DNA of 64,000 nucleotides from a virus. A program made the translations under genes and the position numbers. Positions within the stretch are counted from its first letter, which is position 1. The number at the start of each line of letters is the position of its first letter. The stretch lies in the IMG/VR virus record IMGVR_UViG_3300029922_000004; one strand, written 5' to 3'. The notes beneath the pieces are model-generated. The model ran no database searches, was not told the origin of the DNA, and saw nothing but the letters and a program-made list of their open reading frames with translations. Shown piece by piece: positions 1 through 8,238 of the stretch.

Positions 1-38
1 TACAAAGGTCGGATTGGATAATCTTTATGCCTAAAAAA

Positions 39-1013
39 TTAGGAATTATAGAGTCCATTATATTTCTCCAATACCCTCTTAAGATATTCCATTTGATTTT
101 CTACATCCAATATAAGACCGGCAAAATTCTTCTGTTTCTCTATTAGTTCGGCGGCAGAAAATTCAAAATACATAGCCAATTCATCAAAATTATTAAAATG
201 TTGGATTATACTATCTTTACAAAGGGTAGGTAGGATTCTTTCTTTTAGGATAAATGGATGATACCAGCTTACTTGATTGCATAGGCTTGACTGTAAATGT
301 ATTAGTAGACTATTGGAGTTCATAGCCCAAGGGATTCGGTCGAAAGAATTTGTATTTCCGTCAATATTTAAAATGTATTTATATTTAAGTTGCTCTTGGA
401 TGCTGCAATAATGACTCCCAATTAAATCCATATCAATTCCGCGATTGCCTAACATTTCTTTGTTAAAGTGAACAAAATTTGTAACCTTGGCGTAGATTCG
501 GGGGTGAAGGTCTGGGGCGTGGCAAAAATCTATGCGTTGATTGGTTAGATTATCGTTAATAGCCCCCGTGTCAGAGCCTACAAAGATTAATTTATCTTGT
601 TTGTTTTTAAAGGACAAGGTATCAACAATTTCGGGGTTGTTAATATATCTAAAAATGTGAGGGTCAGGAATTTGTATGTGATTTGAATCGGGCGCGGCAG
701 AGAAGCAAAGGCGCGTATATTTTTCATCAGGAGCGACTCCATCCCCGGCGGAAATTATAATCTTGCAGTCCAGATTTAAATTATGTTTCTTAATGACTTC
801 GGTGAATAATCCCCAAACGAAGCCTACCCTTAATTTATCTTGAGAATTACTAGCCCCGATTATTTTCATCGTCTGACCCTTTATTTCCAAAGCAAATTCC
901 AAGTCGCGGAGAGGCCAATTTTCGCGGCAACGTAAATGCCGGATACAATTATGTTCGAAATTCTTTTCGAGGCAAAAATCTATGAGTTCTTTACTTGTGT
1001 ATGAAGTAGACAT
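39..1013 (-). CDS. Glycosyltransferase family 90 / CAP10-like protein
   Basis: KYKYILNIDGNTNSFDRIPWAMNSNSLLI resembles the GT90 'KYLLDIDGN..SGR' block; KQDKLIFVGSDTG resembles the 'K...WRG' block. Confidence 0.7.
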   Translation of the reverse strand: MSTSYTSKELIDFCLEKNFEHNCIRHLRCRENWPLRDLEFALEIKGQTMKIIGASNSQDKLRVGFVWGLFTEVIKKHNLNLDCKIIISAGDGVAPDEKYTRLCFSAAPDSNHIQIPDPHIFRYINNPEIVDTLSFKNKQDKLIFVGSDTGAINDNLTNQRIDFCHAPDLHPRIYAKVTNFVHFNKEMLGNRGIDMDLIGSHYCSIQEQLKYKYILNIDGNTNSFDRIPWAMNSNSLLIHLQSSLCNQVSWYHPFILKERILPTLCKDSIIQHFNNFDELAMYFEFSAAELIEKQKNFAGLILDVENQMEYLKRVLEKYNGLYNS

Positions 1014-1734
1014 CTTTCCTTTCTAGTTCGTAGTTTTTGAAGCGGCTCGTAAAAGGTTCCCCGATAAGCAGTTTTTTATCAGCTAGTAAATGGCGGAATG
1101 TATAATTACCCGTCCAAATGTCAGAATTAAACGTAGGTGTACCAATTTTGATACGTTCTCGACAGAGGGTATTAAGAAAAAGCATAGTATTTTCGTAATT
1201 ACCGCCGATTACGCCCATGTTTATCAACTCCCATTCGTATTGGTTGACGAAAAATGACATGTAATTCTCCCATCCGACCTTTTGATGGAATTGTAAATAT
1301 GGAAATTGGAAAAGTTTAATGCTGTCCTTGCAGATGAAGTAATCCATTTCGGGGAAATCTTGTAGGATTTGGGAGGGGTCTTTTACTACTGTAACGTCCG
1401 AGGAGTCCGTCATAAAGACTGAATCAAATTTATTGTTTTCGAGATAATTGCGGTAATAGAAAAAACGTCCGTCGTTATATGAGTAGGGCGAGTCTTCTAC
1501 ATAAATAAATTGAATACCGGGCGTGGTATATTTTACAACAAATTCAGGGGTAAGGTTGTCGTAGAAAATGCGAACTTGTAAATTGAGATTTTTAACTGAT
1601 TCGTAAAAACCGCCGATGTAAGAAATATCGTTTTGTTTTACGCGCCCATCTTCTGCCATTCCCTTCAAATCAGGGTCTCCCATTTGGGGGTGTTGGCGTT
1701 TGCTGAAATATGTGGTAAGAATAACTGATGACAT
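991..1734 (-). CDS. Putative GT-A glycosyltransferase
   Basis: VFMTDSSDV (DxxD) motif, NMGVIGG block, position within a glycosylation cluster. Confidence 0.5.
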   Translation of the reverse strand: MSSVILTTYFSKRQHPQMGDPDLKGMAEDGRVKQNDISYIGGFYESVKNLNLQVRIFYDNLTPEFVVKYTTPGIQFIYVEDSPYSYNDGRFFYYRNYLENNKFDSVFMTDSSDVTVVKDPSQILQDFPEMDYFICKDSIKLFQFPYLQFHQKVGWENYMSFFVNQYEWELINMGVIGGNYENTMLFLNTLCRERIKIGTPTFNSDIWTGNYTFRHLLADKKLLIGEPFTSRFKNYELERKDVYFIHK

Positions 1735-1736
1735 AA

Positions 1737-1931
1737 TTATTCTCCGAAAACATCATCTATTAATTCAAAGGGGCATTGATTATATTTCTTTTGAAATTTT
1801 TTGGTCAAGGTAAGAAGACCCATGGAATACTGGCCGCGAGATTTAATGGATTTTAATTTGTTTATTTTTTGAATAAGTTTGATTATCTCAAACAAATCCT
1901 GACCCTTTTGAGTTTTACTAAAGGCATACAT
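1737..1931 (-). CDS. Small hypothetical protein
   Basis: 64-aa ORF, co-oriented and tightly packed with neighbours. Confidence 0.55.
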   Translation of the reverse strand: MYAFSKTQKGQDLFEIIKLIQKINKLKSIKSRGQYSMGLLTLTKKFQKKYNQCPFELIDDVFGE

Positions 1932-1969
1932 AAGATAATATTAGCCTACATTTCGTAAAATGTCAAGGA

Positions 1970-2332
1970 TTAAATGAGGAATTTTTCTTGCTTCTTACGA
2001 TGGGGATGTTTCGCGCCCTTAGTTTTTTCAGAATACTTTTGTTCAGCCTTGACGCGGACTTCATCTACGCCGGACATTCCCTCTCGTTTCTCGGAACACT
2101 CCTGACTAAGTGACCAAAGTTCTCCTAAATTGTAATTTTTGCCGCGCGTTTTATCGACGAATGACTTTTTATCGTTTGGGTCTATGACGGAATTAATTGC
2201 TACTTGGGGGTTTACAAATTGTCTCTCCCATACAACTCCCTTTTCATCAGTAAAGATATGCTCTTCGCTCATCCTCTGAACGACTTCCTTTACCTCTTTG
2301 GTAACTGGGTGTTGGAACGTGTAGAGTGGGAT
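1970..2332 (-). CDS. FmdB-like small protein without the zinc-ribbon cysteines
   Basis: N-terminus (I)PLYTFQHP resembles the FmdB 'MPxYxY' start; codon at the expected start (2332-2330) is ATC; ORF track extends to a TTG at 2374. Confidence 0.45.
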   Translation of the reverse strand: MPLYTFQHPVTKEVKEVVQRMSEEHIFTDEKGVVWERQFVNPQVAINSVIDPNDKKSFVDKTRGKNYNLGELWSLSQECSEKREGMSGVDEVRVKAEQKYSEKTKGAKHPHRKKQEKFLI

Positions 2333-2585
2333 AATATTACTTGGAGTAACTAAAACGAATCTTGGCGGGGTCAAATGGAACCCACTTATTGTCCTTATTT
2401 AAAACTTCTGTTTTGATATCGGCGGGTGTCGCGGTGATGTTTTCTACCTTGAGGGCGGCGACGATAAGGTCGACGGTCTCTGTTCCTAGTTGTTCAGCAT
2501 TTATCTTGATTTGCATATATGTTTTGTTTTTGTGTCTTTTTTGATTTGAAAATACATTTTTTCTATCCTTGGCTCTCTAATATCA

Positions 2586-2804
2586 TCAAGGATTATTCAT
2601 GTCGGGAAATTCTTCGGGTTTAACGGTCTCAGGTTCTCCAGAGTTTACTTTAATATGGCATGAGCATAAATTACCAGAACCCGGTTTATCCCAAAGTCCG
2701 AGGTTATTTGCTAGAAAACGCTTAATAGATTTTGATATCTTCCTGAATAAAATTTTCTTTTTAGTCTTAATCTTCGCCCTTGGAATTACGTGAATGTTAC
2801 CCAT
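2586..2804 (-). CDS. Small basic hypothetical protein
   Basis: 72-aa ORF in operon orientation with AT-rich upstream region. Confidence 0.5.
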   Translation of the reverse strand: MGNIHVIPRAKIKTKKKILFRKISKSIKRFLANNLGLWDKPGSGNLCSCHIKVNSGEPETVKPEEFPDMNNP

Positions 2805-2817
2805 ACTTATTATACGT

Positions 2818-3546
2818 TTATTCTACAAAATTATCTGATAGACTCTTCTTTGAAGCCCAGAAAAGTACCCTGTCTTGGTTACTAGGAACGCTGCCGGGAA
2901 TGTCTTGATTCCAAACCTTGGTCGGCGGGGCTGATTTAAAATTCGAGAAACCTTTTAAACTCATTTGTTTCTTGAAATCCAATAATTGTTCGTCAGTCAC
3001 CGTAATCTCGCCGCAGCAAGCCTCCACGTTCGTTTCTAGCGACTTTGATGCTAAAAGTATCTCCCGCTCGGCATATCCAATCGCGAGCTTTAAAATGTCA
3101 ATCTGCTCGTTAAAACAGTAGTTTTGGAGGATTGTATCAAGGGTTTGGCATTGACAAGGATAAAAATTGCCGTCTTTAACAGTAGAAAGGCCAATATTCG
3201 CGTGGTCAAAATACAACCCGTCAAACAATTGCGGAGGGGCGAATTCTCCCAAAATTGAGTGAGTATAAACGCCGATTTGGTAAGGCGTGACTTTGCCCGC
3301 AAAATTCGGGGTATAGACGTTTTTGAGGAGAACGGCAAAGTTATCTATAAATGGCTCCAGACAATATACTTTTCTCGCCCCAAGAGAAAGCGCGGTAAAA
3401 ACGAAGTAGCCAGCATGGGAACCGATGTCTACAACTATGGGGTGGGTTTCTTTGTGGCCTTTGAGATTATAGCGATTATTGAAGAATACGTCTTCGAAGA
3501 CTTTGGAATCGTTAGAAAAACTTCTAGTTATGATTTCGGGGGTCAT
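2818..3546 (-). CDS. FkbM-family SAM-dependent methyltransferase
   Basis: VVDIGSHAGYF motif I, VYCLEP, IDILKLAI.YAE (FkbM 'LKIDxEG' region with the Asp replaced). Confidence 0.8.
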   Translation of the reverse strand: MTPEIITRSFSNDSKVFEDVFFNNRYNLKGHKETHPIVVDIGSHAGYFVFTALSLGARKVYCLEPFIDNFAVLLKNVYTPNFAGKVTPYQIGVYTHSILGEFAPPQLFDGLYFDHANIGLSTVKDGNFYPCQCQTLDTILQNYCFNEQIDILKLAIGYAEREILLASKSLETNVEACCGEITVTDEQLLDFKKQMSLKGFSNFKSAPPTKVWNQDIPGSVPSNQDRVLFWASKKSLSDNFVE

Positions 3547-3728
3547 ATATCATCAAGAGCGTCTCTGATTTCGTCTTTATCGTCAGACAACTCTTCAAAC
3601 TTACGCGAAGTATGACTGCGGTTTCCATCAATATAACCGCCTGCGCCCGGAATCGCATCCTTGACTAAGGAGATGGGTGAAGTTGCTATATCAAGGCCAG
3701 TTTTAAGTATTTTACCGAAGAGTCCCAT
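3543..3728 (-). CDS. Small amphipathic hypothetical protein (MGLFGKILKTGLDIATSP...)
   Basis: ATG at 3728 directly after the stop of the upstream glycosyltransferase; overlaps the FkbM start. Confidence 0.6.
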   Translation of the reverse strand: MGLFGKILKTGLDIATSPISLVKDAIPGAGGYIDGNRSHTSRKFEELSDDKDEIRDALDDI

Positions 3729-3729
3729 A

Positions 3730-4827
3730 TTAGTTAAACGTCGCCAATACTGCATCCACAAATTTTTCCTTTGAGAAGTCGGTTTGTAACTTTAATCCGG
3801 CGTGGTTGATACGGTCTTTTTGGACTCGTTGAATGGCTGATTCGCAACCAGCGATGAAGGCGTCTTCGGTGAACGAGAAAATATTACCAAGATTATAATT
3901 TCCAGTAGGCTGAAAAAACATACCATCAACCGCTGACTCCATACCAGAAGGTTCGACTAATACCGAATTTTCGGGGGTTGCCCATTCTTTGTGACCGTTG
4001 CAATTTAGAATAACTGCGTGTTTCCCCATGCCTACTGCATGGAAAGCTGGAAGGCTCCACGATTCCGTACCAAGGCTCACAATAATATTACAAGAATTTA
4101 AAAATTCATTATATAATTGATTCTGGGCGAGGGGAGGATAGAAGTTGACGTTGAAGGGCTTTGGTTGTCCTTGTAACATTTGACCAATTAACTGTTGGTT
4201 CTGCTGTTCGTTTAAAAAAGGGTTATATATCGCGCATTGCAGAGCATACTTAGGATTATTGCCGTATTTACGAATCCATGCCGGAATCGCCTTCGGAAAT
4301 CCCTTCCTTTTCTCCCATTTTCCCGCGAAACAGGTTACTATTCGGTCGTCATTGTGATACTTTTTATTAATGGTTTTATAAGAGTAGTTGTCGAAACCTA
4401 ACTGCAAAAATTGCGTATCTACTTCCACTGATTTAAAAACATCACAAGTATATTTTGAAGTAAAGTAAGTTTTGTTATTCCTAGCCGCGTTCCTCTCTGG
4501 AAGTGTGGGGCTATCCAATTCATAGAATGAAAGCAATGTCTGATTTTTAGAAAACGATTGAACACCGCCCGAAAGATGCCAGAGCTTTAGACATGGAATT
4601 TCGCGGGAATAATTCTCTAGTCCGTTTTGAATCTTGGATTGAATCCATTTATTAAATTCTTCGTTGGGAACTTGGTTGGATAGGTCAACGTTGCCGATGG
4701 GGAAAAAGAAGATATCGTATTTTTGACCATTTGCCTTTTCTTGCTCGAAAATAGTACGGAGAAGAAGATATCCAATATTGCCGAAGGATAAGTTATTTAG
4801 AGCTAGTTCAAATGCGATTTTTTGCAT
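3730..4827 (-). CDS. GT-B fold glycosyltransferase (GT4-like)
   Basis: FAGKWEKRKG, SLGTESWSLPAFHAVGMGK (E-x7-E-like region, second Glu replaced by His), VILNCNGHKEW. Confidence 0.8.
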   Translation of the reverse strand: MQKIAFELALNNLSFGNIGYLLLRTIFEQEKANGQKYDIFFFPIGNVDLSNQVPNEEFNKWIQSKIQNGLENYSREIPCLKLWHLSGGVQSFSKNQTLLSFYELDSPTLPERNAARNNKTYFTSKYTCDVFKSVEVDTQFLQLGFDNYSYKTINKKYHNDDRIVTCFAGKWEKRKGFPKAIPAWIRKYGNNPKYALQCAIYNPFLNEQQNQQLIGQMLQGQPKPFNVNFYPPLAQNQLYNEFLNSCNIIVSLGTESWSLPAFHAVGMGKHAVILNCNGHKEWATPENSVLVEPSGMESAVDGMFFQPTGNYNLGNIFSFTEDAFIAGCESAIQRVQKDRINHAGLKLQTDFSKEKFVDAVLATFN

Positions 4828-4828
4828 C

Positions 4829-5110
4829 TTATGTATTTTCTTTTATAAACTTTTGGACTGCGCTCATGTCCCAGAGTTGTCCCAAGCCGTAATTCTTCCC
4901 ACGGGTTTTATTAAAGTTCGCGTCAAAAACCGATTCGGCGGCGTTAGTCATATTCACCGCCAAATCCTCAGAAATCCAGCCATCCCAAAATCCCTCTTCC
5001 TCGGCGGCTTGTTCAAGAACTCCTACAATTGCTAATTCCAATCTTGCTTTTAATTCAGTTTTCATAAAAAGTTGCGGAGCGATTTCTCGCCCCGCTCTTG
5101 GTATTGTCAC
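4829..5110 (-). CDS. Hypothetical protein containing a segment homologous to the 1970-2332 gene
   Basis: ORF track; KTRGKNYGLGQLW versus KTRGKNYNLGELW. Confidence 0.55.
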   Translation of the reverse strand: MTIPRAGREIAPQLFMKTELKARLELAIVGVLEQAAEEEGFWDGWISEDLAVNMTNAAESVFDANFNKTRGKNYGLGQLWDMSAVQKFIKENT

Positions 5111-5124
5111 GTTTCAGCTAAAAA

Positions 5125-5436
5125 TTAGATGATTTCGTCATCTGCAACGATTTCTTGCTGGACTTCTGCAACTTTCGTTGGAGCGACCGGTTTTGTAGCT
5201 ACAACAGGTTCTTTAGGTTTAGAAAGATAAACGCGAAGGTCTGGATGATTCTCTGACTTCTTAAATTTATTCGTAAAAATTACGACGTTAATTTGCTTAT
5301 TAATGCCGAGCGGCACTAAATTTAGAACACCCGTTAGATATTTTTGGGTTGCACTTTTTTTCGACCATAAGGCTCCAATCTCAATTTGGTCTGACTTGGG
5401 CTTCGTGGTCGCGGGGGCGGTTGTGGTTTCACTCAT
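5125..5436 (-). CDS. DUF736-like OB-fold (possible ssDNA-binding) protein
   Basis: EIGALWSKKS..KYLTGVL...VIFTNKFKKSENHPDLRVY pattern plus acidic C-terminal tail (DDEII). Confidence 0.6.
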   Translation of the reverse strand: MSETTTAPATTKPKSDQIEIGALWSKKSATQKYLTGVLNLVPLGINKQINVVIFTNKFKKSENHPDLRVYLSKPKEPVVATKPVAPTKVAEVQQEIVADDEII

Positions 5437-5576
5437 AGTTTTTTGGTATTTTAGTTAATGTTTGTTCCAATTAAGGATATTCAATCATAACCTACTTTTC
5501 AAATTTTGTCAAGAACTATTTTTAGATTCCAATCCTAGATAGAAAATTAAGGATTTCTCCAATGAATAGCCTAATT

Positions 5577-6200
5577 TTAAACCAAATTTTCCAAATGTTC
5601 ACAACTTTTAAGCTCGTCTCTGAGAAGAGTAAGTCCCTTTTTATGTAAAAGCATTGCGGTTTGTGGTGTAGTTTTTAATTTGTCAGCCACGTCCTGCCAA
5701 ATCATCTTGCTTCGGCCACTATAGCGCAGTTTAAAAACCCTCTTAATTCTCTTATCGGGGATTTTAGATAATATATTAAAAATGTAGTCCTTGCTACCTT
5801 CCAGATTTCTGTGAGACTCAAAATAATTGTGGTGAGTTTGCTTGTCTTCGATGTGACCGTGGAGTTCTTCGCTTGAAGAGGGGACTATAAGTTTTCTGGC
5901 CGCAATGCTGTTAAGACAAAGATAACGCGCGTAATTCCCAATCCAAGAGGAAAGTTTGGTTTTCTTAGAGAGCTTAAAAGTATTAACACAATGTAAAATT
6001 AAAGTATCTCTCTCATCAAAAATGTCTTTCGGGCAAATACCCGCGTTAGTTAATCTTGATGTATATTTATGAATAGTGTGATAAAAAAGATTTTCATACT
6101 TCCGACAAATTTCGCTAAAAGCTTCACTGCTCCCTTCATTCTTTACCGCTGAAATAAGTTGTTTATCCGACCATTTTGTGATGTTAGAGTTATTATTCAT
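5577..6200 (-). CDS. Sigma-70-like RNA polymerase sigma factor (regions 2 and 4)
   Basis: KLSSWIGNYARYLCLN (region 2-like) and RVFKLRY...WQDVADKLKTTPQTAMLLHKKGLTLLR (region 4 HTH). Confidence 0.7.
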   Translation of the reverse strand: MNNNSNITKWSDKQLISAVKNEGSSEAFSEICRKYENLFYHTIHKYTSRLTNAGICPKDIFDERDTLILHCVNTFKLSKKTKLSSWIGNYARYLCLNSIAARKLIVPSSSEELHGHIEDKQTHHNYFESHRNLEGSKDYIFNILSKIPDKRIKRVFKLRYSGRSKMIWQDVADKLKTTPQTAMLLHKKGLTLLRDELKSCEHLENLV

Positions 6201-6781
6201 GGAATATTTTATTGCTTTTATTTATATTTCCAATTGTAGTCATATCACCATGCTCTTTGGCTATTTCCGTCGTAATCCATAGCGGCTGTTGGTTAGTATA
6301 AAAAGCGGCCTCTAAATTTTCTTCTATTTTTACTATATTCTGAATGCTGTTTACGATGGCTTTCTCTATATTTCTTCTGATTAATTCTTATTTTAATTTG
6401 GTTCTTAGAGGTATATTCTTTATTTCTAACTGCTATTGATTCAGTATTTTGACGGTAATAATCATTACTCTTCTTCTTAAGCCTTTCTTTATTATTAGAA
6501 TAAAACTGTTTACGGTAAGCAGATAATTTATCTTTGTTAGCCTCCTTGTAAATTTGATAATTGGCGTCTATTTTGATTTTATTTTTCTTTCTATAGTTTT
6601 TGTTATTTGTCAAAATCTTCTCTTTATTATTTAAAAAATACTGGCGGCTTTGGGGAATCCTACAAGTTTTACAACGACAAGAAAGACCGCTAGATTGCCG
6701 TTTGTCTTTATGATAATCTGTAAGAGACTTATCTTCTCCACATTTCGTACAAATTTTAGTATTCAATAATCCTTCGCCCAT
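6193..6781 (-). pseudogene. HNH homing endonuclease with internal deletion and frameshift
   Basis: N-terminal CTKC/CKTC and helical repeats in one frame; C-terminal ENLEAAFYTNQQPLWITTEIAKEHGDM in another frame at about 6320-6193; the IDH core is absent. Confidence 0.75.
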
Positions 6782-6904
6782 ATAGATTAGAGTAACTAGG
6801 CGGGAAAAAGTTCAAAATTACTTATAAAATTTATTAAAACTTCGTTTAGGACGCTCCGCGTCGTCCTTCGGACTACTGCTACTAGATATATTTTCAGGGA
6901 AAAA

Positions 6905-7265
6905 TAAGAAAAAGAACCCCCTAAAAACTAATTTCTTAGCTTTAGGGGTAACTAGAATCTTTTCGGAGGGGCATTTAGTTGTTTAATACTCGCAAGCCAC
7001 ACGAAGAAAAAATAGAGGCGAATCACACGCCTGACGACTACCATTGCTGGTGATGAGAGAGGTTCCTGAAACTCATTTACGCCGCCGAACACTAACGTCG
7101 GGTCAACTCGCATTTTATTGCAAACTCTTTTTATTTACAGCTATTACTGTAGCCCTTTTCCTTATTACTTGTTCCGTTCGGCATACGGAATCTCCCGCGA
7201 TGGGGTAACTTGGCGACCTTATTCGATTATTCTCGACAGGCTTAAGGCACTCCTACCTTTTGTAT
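6905..7265 (-). ncRNA. Candidate ~350-nt non-coding RNA
   Basis: TTGACA-18-TATAAT promoter (7301-7272), no credible ORF, several hairpins, hairpin plus T-run at 6948-6900. Confidence 0.35.
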
Positions 7266-7324
7266 TGTCCTATTATAACATCATTTTTCTTAATTTGTCA
7301 AGGTAAATTTTCATATAATAACCC

Positions 7325-7672
7325 ATGACATATCTTTTATTTGTTTTTTGGCTCATTTTGGCGTCCTACATCCTCTTTGAAACAACGGCTTTTATTGAGT
7401 ATATGCGACTTTTGCGGATAAAGTTTTTTAAGTATGAAGAATTTGACCGAAAGCAGGAAATTTTTGGAAATATTAATTATCCCACCTTCATTCGCGGGGA
7501 GTATCCGAATTTTCTGGGAAAGATGTTGACGTGTAAGGAGTGTTTAATCGTCTGGGCGAATATCGTGTTTTTTGCGGTAGTCGGCGGGTGGGGATGTTTT
7601 GGTCTGGTGGCAGTATTTTCTCTAATAGGGAGTGCGTTTTTGAAGTGGGTATTAAATAAATTTTATAATTAA
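7325..7672 (+). CDS. Hypothetical membrane protein
   Basis: Hydrophobic N- and C-terminal segments, CKEC motif. Confidence 0.6.
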   Translation: MTYLLFVFWLILASYILFETTAFIEYMRLLRIKFFKYEEFDRKQEIFGNINYPTFIRGEYPNFLGKMLTCKECLIVWANIVFFAVVGGWGCFGLVAVFSLIGSAFLKWVLNKFYN

Positions 7673-7689
7673 AGTTTGGCTAAACCCGT

Positions 7690-8166
7690 ATGAACTTCGT
7701 GGAACAGCGCATTTTAAAAGAAAACCAGCAAAGGATGTCTCATCCCCCAATCCCCGCGCCGATTTCTCAGCCCGTCATTGAATCGCCGGTAATCCCGCCA
7801 CATATTTTAAAAGAGAAACTCCTTGAAAAACTCAACCCCAAGCCGAAGATTATCCAAAATCCCAATTTAAAATCTGAAATTGAAGTAGTCCATTTTGCCA
7901 CACTTTTTGAATTCGCGCACTGGTATAGCGAAAACAAGGCTAAATTTTCAGAACTGCAACAAAAACCCCTCGACACTTTAATCGAGGCAAAAAACCTCAC
8001 AATCGGCGGCTGTAATTGTGACCGAGAGAAGCGAAGATTCATCGCCGAGGATTATTTCCGCAAATTTTGGAGTAATAACAAGGCAACCGACCTTCCTGCT
8101 ACACTTTTAAAAGTCCTCAATGCAAAAAAAGTTCTGTTTGGTGATTTTTTTAGTTTCCCCGCTTAA
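7690..8166 (+). CDS. Hypothetical protein
   Basis: 158-aa ORF with Pro-rich N-terminus and GGCNC motif. Confidence 0.6.
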   Translation: MNFVEQRILKENQQRMSHPPIPAPISQPVIESPVIPPHILKEKLLEKLNPKPKIIQNPNLKSEIEVVHFATLFEFAHWYSENKAKFSELQQKPLDTLIEAKNLTIGGCNCDREKRRFIAEDYFRKFWSNNKATDLPATLLKVLNAKKVLFGDFFSFPA

Positions 8167-8238
8167 TTAGTTGTAATTATACTTGTAGAATCTTCTTGCT
8201 ATTTTGGGAAAAATAGGGTAGAATTTAATTGAATAATT

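Noticed and set aside
6905-7265. RNase P RNA, suggested by length
   Set aside because: Neither GAGGAAAGTCC nor the ACAxAAxxCGGCTTA P4 motif is present on either strand
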